A stretch of 20,112 nucleotides of DNA from Pseudogymnoascus verrucosus (Eukaryota), in NCBI GenBank assembly GCA_001662655.1, contig KV460209.1. One strand, 5' to 3'. A program made the translations under genes and the position numbers. The notes under the pieces are model-generated. The model saw only the letters and a program-made list of their open reading frames with translations. It made no database searches and was not told where the DNA came from. Of the stretch, positions 1-11,142 are shown one piece after another. Each line of letters opens with the position of its first letter. The first letter of the stretch is position 1.

Positions 1-343
1 GGAAACAAAGGGACCTTGTCGCAGCTTTGCACATGGTATACACGGCTTCTTAGCGCTCAAAGTTACATTGGCCCACATTCGGCTTTCGGCCTCGTTCGAC
101 ATTGGGCCAACCCCATTAATCATCTGGGGGGTTGGACATGGATCAGGCCTATAGCCCCATCATTTGTTTTTTGCCTTACACGCTATGGCTGAATTCTCCT
201 GCCGAATTGTCCTGCCGAATTATTAACAATGGTGGTTGCTAGCGGACCTATGCAGAGTTGGCATCCATATAGTTGGTCTTACCGTGGTCCCACAAGTTGT
301 TAGTGTACTAGAGCTCACTAATGAAATCAAACTCTCTGATTCC

Positions 344-424
344 GTCCCACATTGTTGTCCCACATTGTTGTCCCCACATTGCTGTCCCAAATAAAATTGT
401 CCCACATCCTTCTCGCCCCACATC
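344..424. repeat. Imperfect tandem array of GTCCCACATT-like units (about 6 copies, period 13-16 bp) upstream of the FAH gene
   Basis: GTCCCACATTGTT at 344 and 357, GTCCCCACATTGCT at 370, GTCCCAAAT at 384, GTCCCACATC at 399, GCCCCACATC at 415. Confidence 0.9.
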
Positions 425-747
425 GCAGGAAGCGGTAACCCCCTTTGCCACTGTATACCTATCGCATCCGTCGATAATTATGTTGGTCTCCAACTTACAC
501 ATTCTGCAGAGGGTAGTACGGAGTAGGGATTCGGCAAATGTCGTGAGCTTGTATGAAGGTTCCGAGTGATTCTAAGTTGATCGATTGACTCTCTGTTTGG
601 ATGTGGGACTCTTTAGTATCGCTGAACCGCCCTCATGGGGCATCCCACAGCATATAGATACACATCTGCCCAATACATTCGTTGTGTCTCATGATTTAGA
701 AACTCTACCTGATTTATCCCAGCACCTGCCACTGGCTTCTTCAGAAA

Positions 748-1777
748 ATGCCTTCTTGGACTCATCTTATTCGTTTTGTTGCCGTTGAAGACAATCAGTC
801 GCACATCGGACAGTTAGTAGATCCAAGTCGCGATGTCGGATTAGACACCTTGGAGGGGCGCGAGGTGAAAGCATACGAGATTGTCGGCACCATTTTCGAC
901 GGAGAGGTTACCGAAAACATTTTCACCGTGAAATTCGTAAGTTCGACGTTGCCAACTGAGTTCGAATTATAACCTTAACCAAACTTCTAGCTACAATCAC
1001 CTGTTGAACGAGAGAGTTGCAACTATATCAGATGTCTCGGTCTGAATTATAAAGATCATGCACAGGTAAGAGCCCAGGATTAAGCACAATATCAGCAATA
1101 CCTCAACTGTAACTGACCACTATTACAGGAGGGTGGTTTCGCTATTCCGAAGGTTCCTATTCTCTTCACGAAGCCGCGTTCCGCATTGATCGGGCCTTAC
1201 CCAGCCACAGTCAACATCCCCAAATGCGCGCAGGACGGCACTAGCGATTATGAATCAGAGCTCTGCCTTGTAATCGGCAAGACTGGTCGGGATATCTCAG
1301 AAGAAGATGCCTTAGACTATGTTCTAGGCTATACTGCTTCGAACGATGTGTCAGCAAGGACTATGCAGATGATCACAGCTCAATGGAGTATGTCAAAGGG
1401 CTTGGATAGTAGCTGTCCCATTGGCCCTGTCCTGGTTGCCACTTCTGTCATTCCAGATCCACAGACTCTGCAAATCAAGGGCAGCTATAATGGAACAACT
1501 GTACAAGACGGACACACTAGGTAAGGGTTTTAAGCATACCCCCTGATTATCACGCAGACCCACTAACCTAAGAAGCGACATGATCTTCAACATCCGCCAA
1601 CAAATCTCCTACCTCTCTAAAGGAACGACACTCGAGGCAGGAACAATCTTCTTGACGGGCACTCCAGCCGGAATCGGCTACTTTCGTAAGCCAGCTGTGG
1701 TGCTTGAAGATGGTAGCCAGTTTTCTGTCTATATTGAAAAGATCGGGACATTAGTTAATAAAATACGCTACGAGTAG
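748..1777 (+). CDS. Fumarylacetoacetate hydrolase (FAH) family protein, ~285 aa; exons 748-936, 991-1065, 1129-1520, 1576-1777
   Basis: The spliced frame through three GT-AG introns is open. It contains the FAH-family motifs IRCLGLNYKDHA, PILFTKP, DYESELCLVIGK, VLGYTASNDVSAR, KGLDSSCPIGP, TSDMIF and GTIFLTGTPAGIG. The third acceptor could be 1572 instead of 1575, a one-codon difference. Confidence 0.93.
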
Positions 1778-2112
1778 AAGAGCTATAGCCGGATTTGAGC
1801 CGTTCACTTACACGGGTCCGTGTTAGAGAGGAAAATTTTCTACGTTTAGGTATGTGCACGGCACTTTTTAGAATACTAGGTTTATGTCGATGGTTGCCAA
1901 TTACACATTTGAGTCGGAGGAAGAAAGTGACACTAAATTACACCCATAAGTTACTGCTAGAATCTATTCTGTAGACTACTTAAGCTAGATTATCATCAAA
2001 GCATACCTCTATAATGTAATATTCAAGCTAACTGCGGAAATAAAAATAATAAGCGTTTCCGTTTCATATTATTTGCTATGCAGTGGTTCCTACTGTGAGC
2101 GAAGAGGCGTCG

Positions 2113-2174
2113 GACCAATTATGTGGGGGACCAATTATGTGGGGACCAATTATGTGGGTGACCAATTATGTGGG
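2113..2174. repeat. Four tandem copies of GACCAATTATGTGGG upstream of the C2H2 TF gene
   Basis: Exact 15-mer at 2113, 2129, 2144 and 2160, ending 130 bp before the ATG at 2305. Confidence 0.95.
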
Positions 2175-2304
2175 AATGGGTCTTCCCCAGGATTGTTCCC
2201 CGCCATTTCTTTCTCTCTCCGCAACCCCTTCCTATTCACGCTGCATTAGATATGTTGATGCCCCGTCCTCACTACATATTTTAGGACATCTTTTATAACT
2301 AAGA

Positions 2305-5251
2305 ATGTCGACGCCACTAAGGACAATCTCGAGGCGAAGCACTAGGAATCCCTCTGACAGCCGGAACGAACCTGCCGGTGCTGCCGGTGTTCGAAACAAG
2401 GACAAGCATTGCCAATACTGCGAAAAGATATTTAGGAAGACAGAGCATCTTCTACGACATGAGCGAAGCCATACAAAGGAGAAGCCATTTCGTTGTGATA
2501 TGTGCAGTAAGGTTTACACTAGACAGTATCCGCGCCACCTGATTATCTCTATAGTACAGGGCTAAATTGCCATAGTGACACTCTACTTCGACACTCCAAA
2601 ACCCATGACATCGACCTTTCTCATCTCGAAGCCGGCATCACATTATCGCAAATGAACCATGATGGCCATATATCTTCTGAGAACAATAGCCACAGCACAG
2701 AGCAACGTGCGACAGAACGACCTGAAATAAACTTTGATCTTCAAGGTTGGCCAAGTGCAATCCCAGAGCAAATTAACAATAGCACAATGCAAAATGGCTA
2801 TGAGAGCCAGACGTCGCCCTTTCCCACGGTGCACCTAACCGTTGCCGCAGATGGCAACGTACATGATATGCGCACGCAGACTACAATACAGAGTGACAGC
2901 CAGCGACTCTTTATGGAAAACTTATTTCCAGACCCAACGGGAAACCTCACCGGTACTCCACTAATATCTGCGAATATGCCTTGGGGGGGGTCACTGATGT
3001 CTCCAGGGCCGTCATGGTTGGTAGGCTATGATTTCGATCTCGAGGCATTGAACACGTCAGTCTCCACGACCCTGTGCGCCACCGAGCCTTTATTTCAATC
3101 TCAAGTTAATCGAACGGCCATGCCAAGTGCGCTACAGTTGGGAGAGATTCCTGAGGCTGAGATGCATGGAGAACGAAAGGATGTCACAAACGAATGCGTC
3201 CGCAGAGGATGGTTCTCTCATATTGACCCGTTTGATGAAAAGGATGATCATGGCGGTGCCACCACAGGCGAGATGACTCCAGTCACCGCGAGAGATCAAT
3301 ATGACATCGGAGACAGCTTCCGTCACAGGATAAGCCAACGACTTAGAGCTCGCACAATTGATGAGCCGCTCCCGTCGACAAAATTCCTGGTATGCCAATT
3401 TTCTGTCAAATGACTTAGACGAAGACAGAAATCTGATACTAAACGCAGAATCTATCCGTCCAAATATATTTTACTAAATTTAATCCTATATTTCCGGTTA
3501 TACACGGCCAGACGTTTCGACCTACACCGAGGAACTCGCTGCTACTATTATCAATCACGTCCATAGGTAGTTTACTTCTCGGATCAAAGGGAGCAGCAAG
3601 CCAGGGTATACGTATATTTGAAAGGCTTAACAAAGCTATTCTAGCGTCGGTGTGTAATTTGAAACGGCAAACCACTCTACATACGGCTAACCAAACTTCT
3701 AGTGGGAAAATACAGTCTTATCTGACCCAACAGAGGCGGCATCCATGATACAGGCAGCCTTAGTCGGCCAAACATTCGGCTTCTTATCTGGGGTATATTT
3801 GGCCTTGATTAATCTAATGCCGTTTCTAACAATCTATTCATTGGCAGATTTCAAAACATCTTGCTATTGTAGAGGCCTTTCATGGCTCAATTATTGCTGT
3901 AGGTTTCGGGGTACTAAACTCCGCAGTAGTAAGGCTAATGTCTTCCATATAGTGGGCAAGGAGATGTCAAATGTTTAACTATAGAACAAGCCATCCCCAA
4001 GTTGAACATCTAAGTGGTGCGAGTTTGCATGAGGCTTGGAAGGCTTGGGCAAGATCGGAGTCAATTGTGAGGTATGTGGGTATCCAAGGCGGAAAACGCG
4101 TTTACTTATATTGGATACTTTGAAGGACAGTGCTAGGATTGTACATCCATGATGCCAAGCTTGCTTGCATGTTTCATCATGAACCACTTCTCCGTCACGA
4201 TTCAATCCTGGTGCCGGTGGCCGCTGACGACGACATCTTCAATGCACCCAGCGCAGCCATCTGGAGAGAGAAAATGCTCCGTCAGTCGGCATCTCGGATA
4301 CCAGTTCATGAATGTCTACACGTAAATCATCACCACGATCATGGTTCGCGGCTACTGCCCCAGGAATTAAGCTGGAAAAATAGTCACTTCACTGCATATG
4401 TCATACTCTATGGCATCTCCTCGACAATTAGCGAGAAACAACAGATGGGTCAAATACGTCCTGCTTCTGCAAACTTTAACAAATATTTTGAAGCTCTCAT
4501 TTGTTGGTATCGCACCTTTCAAAGAGACGTCGGCGTTTCTGAAAACCAAAATATCCAGCGTCCTGACACGCTCTGCCTCATGGTACTATGGCACACTGTC
4601 TTCATGAGCCTAGTAACTGATTTTAATGTCCTCGAACGCGCTGTTGGCCGCAATGGCGCAGAGAACTGGACGTTGGATGCGGATCTTGCATACGCGACTA
4701 GTTGGGCAACATCGAGAGAAGCCCAGCGCTGCATTCTCCACGCCCATGCCCTGCTCTACTCTCTTGGAGCCTTGCGCCTCGACGCTGAAGCTGCCATCCA
4801 TATTCCACACTGCCTCTTTCTAGCAGGAATAGCCAGTTACTGCTACACACGCTTCCGTCGACCTAGCTCATTTGAAACACATGGCCATAATCAAACCTCT
4901 CACCTAGCCTCCCCTGACTCACAGCTGCAGCCCACCATGGAGTTCCCTGAGTTTACAGTTCGAGGAGTGCCAATACCGCAACACCTCTTCGGTTCGCCAG
5001 CAGCTAGCACTAGTGTAGGCGGTACCTTCCCGGCAACTGATGACGCCAGTAATGCGTTTAGTCCAGAAGAGGATCCTACGACGCGATTCCGACCAACCTC
5101 AGATGTGGGGGCTGCCATGATGTGTACGTTAATCGACATGTTACAACGGATTGGACATTGGGGCATTGCACGGAAGTATGCTGCAACGTTATCCACCCTC
5201 GTGGATGCGGACAGCGATGAGGACTGGAGGTTCATCATGAGCGATCACTAG
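2305..5251 (+). CDS. Transcription factor with two N-terminal C2H2 zinc fingers and a fungal-specific TF domain, ~873 aa; exons 2305-2525, 2576-3389, 3449-3649, 3703-3792, 3848-3898, 3953-4071, 4126-5251
   Basis: After splicing it reads CQYCEKIFRKTEHLLRHERSH-TKEKPF-RCDMCSKVYTRHDTLLRHSKTH. The middle region LPSTKFLNLSVQIYFTKFNPIFPVIHGQTF and the segments AWKAWARSESIVRTVLGLYIHD and HEPLLRH are typical of this fungal C2H2 TF class. Exon lengths sum to 2622 nt, in frame to the stop. Confidence 0.9.
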
Positions 5252-5430
5252 CGGACTCTCACGGGTAACTCAATAACAACCGGCGACACGCTGTGTCAGA
5301 CACTCATTTAAATGCATCGTTTTTAAAAGGGCTATTCATTGTATAATTAGAACTAAAATCAGATACTTCAGATGATCTAGTTCTTCTGGGGCGCACCGTC
5401 AAATTCTCATCGAATCTTTCTCATGGCCGC

Positions 5431-6910
5431 CTATTCCAGGAAATCAGCGGGAACCTCTGGGCCCCACACTGCAAGGGATTCGCTCCCTGCGGGACCAAAG
5501 CCAATAGGTGTATCTTTGTTGACAGTGTCTCCATCCGTGTAGTGCTATTAGAGGAGTTATCAGCAAATGCATTGGAAAGGGCAGAGACATCGAAAGAGAT
5601 GATGGGATAGGAGAAAAAGCGATACAAACGTACCTCGATCATGAAACCGGTAGGGTCCCACCAATAATCAAATATTTGGGACCCCAGGATATGTCGGCCT
5701 ACTCCCCAAACAGATTTGTAACCCTTCTTAGCTAGCCATCTAGAGAAACGTTAGCTCACAAGAGTATGTTTACTTCTGTCGTTACAGATATGATGCGTCA
5801 AACAAAATGGTGGAAACGTACTGGTGTCCCAGTATCTGGGTATCAAAGTCATGCACCTCGAAAGAGGCGTGGTGCACATGTGCCGTCGGGTTCTTGCTCA
5901 TGAAGAAGGTATGATGGTCGACGTAGTCATCGCCCCGGTCGATGTGTGCAAAGAGCGCTACCTCGATACGTGCGGATGGATCGTTCGGGTCCTGAACGTA
6001 CATGAAATCGGACGGGACGAGATTAAAAGTGCGGGTGTAAAATTGGACTTGCTTTTGAAGGTCAAGGACACAGAGGCCGTAGTGGCCGAGCTTGTTGTTT
6101 GTCAGTACGCATCCTCAGACCACGCCCCGAGATATTATTACCTTGTGGACTGCAGCTGGGCCTGCTGTAAAACGCTGGAAGGATCCTATGCGCGGCTTAT
6201 CTTCTTCAAAGTTGTATACGAGCTTCTCAGGGAGCTGGCCTGGTTCGACTAATTCCTGGCCATATAGGAGGTTGACGGGAAAACCTTCCGGGTCATAGAT
6301 TGTAACACGGCTGCCCCCTCCTGGAGCGTTTGTCAACTCTTCAATCTTACTTGCGCCGGGTATTGCCGCAGCCCTAAATTATTATTAGCAATGATGGCCT
6401 CGTCTAGATGCGTAGAAAATGGCTCTCGGGTACCAACCTCTCTAAATCTGCATAACTCTCCACAGTGTACGAACCGCCAAGGAACTTCTTCGGACCTTTC
6501 TCAACCACATATACATAAGGTTCCGAGCCATATCCTCTGTACCAAATGGCGTCCTCTGTTTTCTTCACGCAATGCATCCCAAAGTTCTCCAAGAATATCG
6601 AAATCTCTGTGAAGTCGGGCTGCTGGTAGCGCATATGTGATAGGCATACAAGCCGGATTTGTTTGCTCTGGTCGATTTTCTCTCGGGCCTTCCAGTCGCT
6701 GATGCTCATGCTGTCCCAGCCGATCATTTTCATTGCTTCCTTAGCGGGAAGTGAGTACCCTTCATTGCCATTATTGAGGGGACCGGGTTTAGAAGCCAGG
6801 TCGGGATATGCTTTCTGGCCACCACTATTCTAATTGTGTGAGATGATGATTTTGAAGATGGGATGAGCCACGAGAAGACATACTGTGATGTCGGCCACTG
6901 TAGAAACCAT
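5431..6910 (-). CDS. VOC/glyoxalase-fold extradiol ring-cleavage dioxygenase, trihydroxytoluene-oxygenase-like, ~379 aa; exons 6910-6884, 6829-6438, 6373-6142, 6090-5822, 5739-5634, 5544-5431
   Basis: The spliced product has LSHMRYQQPD, YDPEGFPVNLLYG, VHKLGHYGL, HHTFF, HVHHASFEVHDFD, WGVGRHILGSQIFDYWWDPTGFMIEHYTDGD, giving the His/His/Glu metal triad of type I extradiol dioxygenases. Total length is 1140 nt in frame. The short first exon (MVSTVADIT) is less certain; an alternative start is 6733. Confidence 0.88.
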
Positions 6911-7803
6911 GTCGGAGTATTCAATAGTGAGAAGACCTGAGTGTTGTTTAAAGTCTTCTTAGCCTCAGTTCTGGCCTAACTGAAGGTGATATACGACGCA
7001 CACGGTTTAAGTAGCAATCTTAAAGAATAGGTGCATCTGTACTATAGATATCCTTATGATCATAACACAAAGAGTGTTAGAGTAACCTTTCATACATCAT
7101 ATAAGTCTACTAGCTACCCCGCACAACTGCCGAGGAATTGCAGTTTGTATACGAATAGTTGTTAAAGCCGGTTTCGTTGTCCGGAGAAATGCAAGTACAT
7201 ACGTGAATGGCGGGACGGTGGGATCTGAATGGTGGGACAGTGGGACAGTGGGACAGTAGGACTGTGGGACTGTGGGACTGTGGGACGGGAACGTTTTGGG
7301 ATGAAGATCCACTTTGTCGGACCAAAAAGAACGTTAGGCAGCTTCCCCACTATCCCCACAATCTATCACCTAATCCATACCTGTAAATAATAACTGTTAG
7401 AGAAGTATTCTTCTACAATGTTGCGTCCCTAGTAAGATAGATCGGCTCTACGGAGCAGGCGTTGTTCAATGTGCCTCAGTCCCACCAGTCTCTTTTTCAC
7501 CCCTGCCCCGTCGCAATACTCCCACATATCCGCCTGCGCAACGGGTGTGTTCGTTAGCTCCTAGGTTCTCCGCGGTTTAATGCATGCCAGTCCTTATCCA
7601 AGTCAATCAAAAAAGTAGATCATTAGATTTATGGCAGGTGTTTCCCCTGTGGGCCGGCTACCCGTGGCGTTTCATGGCGCTGCGTTTACTAAAAAGACTC
7701 ACTTGGATAGTTGTTAGCATTGGCTCTGACCCATCTTCATTCTCTTGATCTGTTATTTCACAAGAACATCCGCCGCTGAATTTCTAATAAGCCATAATAA
7801 TCT
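6911..7803. promoter_or_regulatory. Bidirectional promoter shared by the dioxygenase and monooxygenase genes
   Basis: Head-to-head start codons about 890 bp apart, with a central GTGGGAC array. Confidence 0.75.
7232..7287. repeat. Seven tandem 8-bp units GTGGGAC(A/T) in the divergent dioxygenase/monooxygenase promoter
   Basis: GTGGGACA x3, GTAGGACT, GTGGGACT x2, GTGGGACG. Additional isolated GTGGG/CCCAC sites lie near 7218, 7346, 7356, 7481, 7521 and 7649. Confidence 0.95.
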
Positions 7804-10009
7804 ATGGTGGCCTCGTCAGTTACGATGTCCTCAGCAGTGGACGAAGAATTCGAGATAATTATCTGCGGATGTGGTCCTACAGGCGCGCTGCTCTCTGCAA
7901 ACCTAGGACGACTAGGTGTGAGACATCTTATCCTAGAGAAGGAGTCAGATATAACGACGGATCCTAGAGGGATTGTCTTAGATGAAGACGGGATTCGTAG
8001 CCTTCAAGGTGTTGGGAAATATGAGGCGCTCTTTCGAGATGTAGGGAAATGTGAGTCGTGTGAAAGCCATATCGCGGGAGTCTACATTGCTAACCAGATG
8101 CATAGCTGTGGGAATGTTCCGCTTCATTGAGGGAGGAAAAGGCCTTACATGCAAGCCATTCCTGCAGATCAACCAAGATACTGTAAAGATAGCCCCATGG
8201 CGTGCTGTATACGTTTGACAACTACTAACCAGCAGTAGATAACCGGAGGCACCGGCCACGTAGGATTTATGAGCCACAAACAACCAGCATTGGAAAACCA
8301 GTTGAGACTTGCCATGAACAAGACATTTTGCAATTTAAGATCAAATTCAACTGTCGTCGCAATCGAAGAGGTCGAAGAATACGTCTATGTCGAGTATAGA
8401 GATGGAGCCGGTCAAAATCGAAAGGTACGCGCTAAGTTTCTGGTCGGCGCAGACGGAAAAACTGGTTTTACGAGAAAGAATTACCTCGAACCTCGCGGGG
8501 TCATCATGGAAAAAAGCAGGGAGTACATCACCACCATCTTAGTTTGTTTCCTCAAGCTGATCAATATAGGTTTCACTACGAGGCGATTTGGGTTGCCTTG
8601 AACTGGCGTTTAGTTCTGCCCAATCCAAAATCACACCCTAAGTTTCCTCTTTGGGACCTAGGTTACACCCCAGAAGAGGTGTACGATTTATTTTTCCCTC
8701 CATATTTCAACTTCATATGTGATCCTGCCAGACCCTCAGTTTGTGGTCGATTTGGGCGCACTGAAGATCGATTATGGCGGTTCGAATTTGTGGTTAAGGA
8801 AGGTGAAGACAAAAACCAAATGTCATCACAAGAAGAGACGAGGAGGATTATACTCCCATATCTACGCCATCCAGGCAAGAAATACGGGTGAATATAACGC
8901 TATAAGATATCGTTTATTCTATACTGACATTGACACAGCCTACCAGAAGATGTATCTTGGCCAGAAGATTGTATCGAATGCATACGATCCCGCCCCTTTT
9001 CATTCTCGGCAAGAAGTTGCAATCGCTGGTCCTTGGGGCGCGTGATCCTCTGCGGTGACGCTGCTCACGTTTTCCCACCATGTGAGTACCTCGACACTAA
9101 TATATTAGAAGTGACGGTCTGACTATCGCAGTTGGAGGGCAGGGCATCGCGTCCGGATTTCGAGATGCTACATCACTCGCCTGGCGGCTTCGCCTCGCCA
9201 TCAACCCATCCTGCAAGGACTACGACTTCCTCCTCCGCGGCTGGTACGCGGAACGAAAGCAGCAACTCGAACGTTCCTTGGCAGCCACGATTGCAAATGG
9301 GGAATACTGCAATGAGCCATCCCGGATAAAGGCGTTCGTGCGGAAATGGGTGCTTTGGGCTGTACAGCTTGTGCCAGCCTGGAGACAACAGTTGGAACTA
9401 GGCCCTAGAGCCCAAGGCATGACGAAGTACGACTGGGTTCCAGGGATGCCGTTCTTGCCCCAATTTGGAGGCGGAAAGTCCTTCCCCCAAGTCTTTTGCG
9501 CGCCTATTAATGGACCAGCGCCGCCCATTCCAATGTTCACAGACGATGCAGTATTCAAAGCTGAGAAGAACGGCTGTTTTCAGATTGTCGCGCTTCTTGA
9601 TTCGTTGCAACAGCTTCCTGTCGCACTAGAAGAGGTCAAGAGTGTAACCACCCAAATCGGGAATGGCGACATTTTAGACTCAATGGAGACAACCTACTTG
9701 ATCCAGAACCAACGCGGCAGCGCCGCAGGACCAGCATCTGCCCATCTCGACTTACTGCAGGATACGAGCACTTGTGTACGCATCATTGATGCTGAAGAAT
9801 ATACTGCCGCCGGGGCAGGAACAACAGGCTTTACGAGGCCAAACCCGCTATACTATGACGCGAACCGGATAAGGAAGGATCTAGGTGCGAATGCAAGGTA
9901 CATAATCGTGAGATGGGATCGCATGGTTTTTGCGGCGTGTAAGGATGCTGCGGAGTTACAGAAGGCAATATGTCTTGTTGACGGCTGTCTTAATGGTAGT
10001 GCAAATTAG
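7804..10009 (+). CDS. FAD-dependent aromatic monooxygenase (group A flavoprotein hydroxylase, MhpA-like), ~648 aa; exons 7804-8050, 8106-8182, 8239-8522, 8570-8887, 8939-9081, 9132-10009
   Basis: It has the Rossmann motif IIICGCGPTG, the DG motif FLVGADGKTG, and the GD motif VILCGDAAHVFPPFGGQGIASGFRDA assembled across an intron. Total length is 1947 nt in frame. The start could be 7825. Confidence 0.92.
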
Positions 10010-10090
10010 TTAGCGTTGCTGCAGTTACTATAACCACTATTACTATGCACAATCCCTCTTTAGACCTTTAAGCGGCGTAAGTATAATAGA

Positions 10091-10962
10091 CTTGATCTAT
10101 CTGGACTTATTGACCTCGACATGAACAACCCATCTAATGCTCTCGTCCCATTTAACGTACCAAATTCGAGATTCGATTCGGAAGGGTCTCCTAGGACCAG
10201 ATGATCCGCTCATTGCATCTAGTCATTGCATCTAGTCTCAACAATATTGCGCTGTCATATACTGAGACAAGTGACCTTAAGAAGGCATACTCAGCGCACG
10301 AGAAGGCGCTATCAATTCGTCTCCGCGCGGAAACCAGAGTTACTAACACTTACAGCAACATGCCTAGCTTACTTCTTCGAATGAGAAAACCAAATGCAGC
10401 TAAAGAGATGATGTAAAAGTGTCCAGTTCTAAAGGACTTTACTAACGACAGTTTTATAAACACTAGGAACCTACGATACGTTAGTAACATGGTTCTTCTT
10501 TCCTACATACGCTTTGCTTAGGGTTAACTAGACAATGTAATGTGGCTTATAGCTAAGGCTCTTACATTCAGACAGAAATTAAAGGGGAATAGACTTAAGA
10601 CATGTGATTCTCTATATGATGTTATAGATATGCTTATTCGCTAGGGGCGCTTTATCATTAGCTATGTAAGTTTTAGAATTTCTAGAGAGCTTATAAATTC
10701 ACTAGGGCTATAGACTAATATAAAATAGCAAGCTTCTTAAATAGCTTATAGCTATATTAGAGACTATAACTAAGGCTAAAGGATAGCTTACCTAGGCTAA
10801 CTATAAGCTAAGTGTATTATATAGTAAGAAAGAGATGCCTAATAAGAGCTAAATTAGTAAAGCCTAGGCTATTTCTCTAAGAGATAAACTAGGACCTAAA
10901 AGTAAGGATAGACTGTTTAAAGAAAGAGAGTTTATAAAGCTATGTCTTTTATGTTATAGTAA
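10091..10962 (+). pseudogene. 5'-truncated, frameshifted, RIP-mutated TPR-repeat gene fragment (C-terminal part of an NB-ARC/TPR-like protein); ends approximate
   Basis: Reads LGPDDPLIASS/LNNIALSYTE..AYSAHEKALSIRL..TNTYSNMPSLLLRM..KALTFRQKLKGNRLKTCDSLYDV. A 13-bp duplication (CATTGCATCTAGT, 10211-10236) shifts the frame. In-frame TAA/TAG stops increase rightwards. A probable intron lies at ~10666-10728. Confidence 0.72.
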
Positions 10963-11142
10963 AGAAGGAGACTTTAATATTCTTAGTTTATATAGTACTC
11001 TTAATTACTTAACATTATAGGTAATAGCTATATATACTATACCTTAGATAAGTAATTACTATAGGTAGTTAACTATTATTAAGGGAGTAGTTTTAAGGAT
11101 ATATATAATAGTTCCTAGCCTATATAGACTTTAGTAGATTAG

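Noticed and set aside
1..34. Possible minus-strand gene start (ATG at 34, MCKAATRSLCF...) running off the left edge
   Set aside because: Only 11 codons are visible, which cannot be supported without flanking sequence.
223..804. Small ORFs 223-423, 308-502, 321-569, 585-788, 613-804
   Set aside because: They are mostly translations of the promoter repeat or non-ATG starts, with no recognisable domains.
2113..2174. Short repeat arrays (also 344-424, 7232-7287 and the LTR array) as CRISPR-like arrays
   Set aside because: Units are 8-18 bp, mostly head-to-tail without 25-45 bp unique spacers. There are no cas genes and the context is eukaryotic and intron-rich.
5824..6612. Plus-strand ORFs antisense to the dioxygenase (and similar shadows over the TF and monooxygenase)
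   Set aside because: They are shadow frames of well-supported spliced genes and have no motifs of their own.
7097..7359. Three overlapping minus-strand ORFs with SHSPTVP repeats
   Set aside because: They are artefacts of the stop-free 8-bp tandem repeat being read in all frames.
748..10009. Cluster as cargo of a Starship or a recent horizontal transfer from bacteria
   Set aside because: No tyrosine-recombinase captain or element boundary is visible. The genes have multiple typical fungal introns, which argues against recent bacterial origin.
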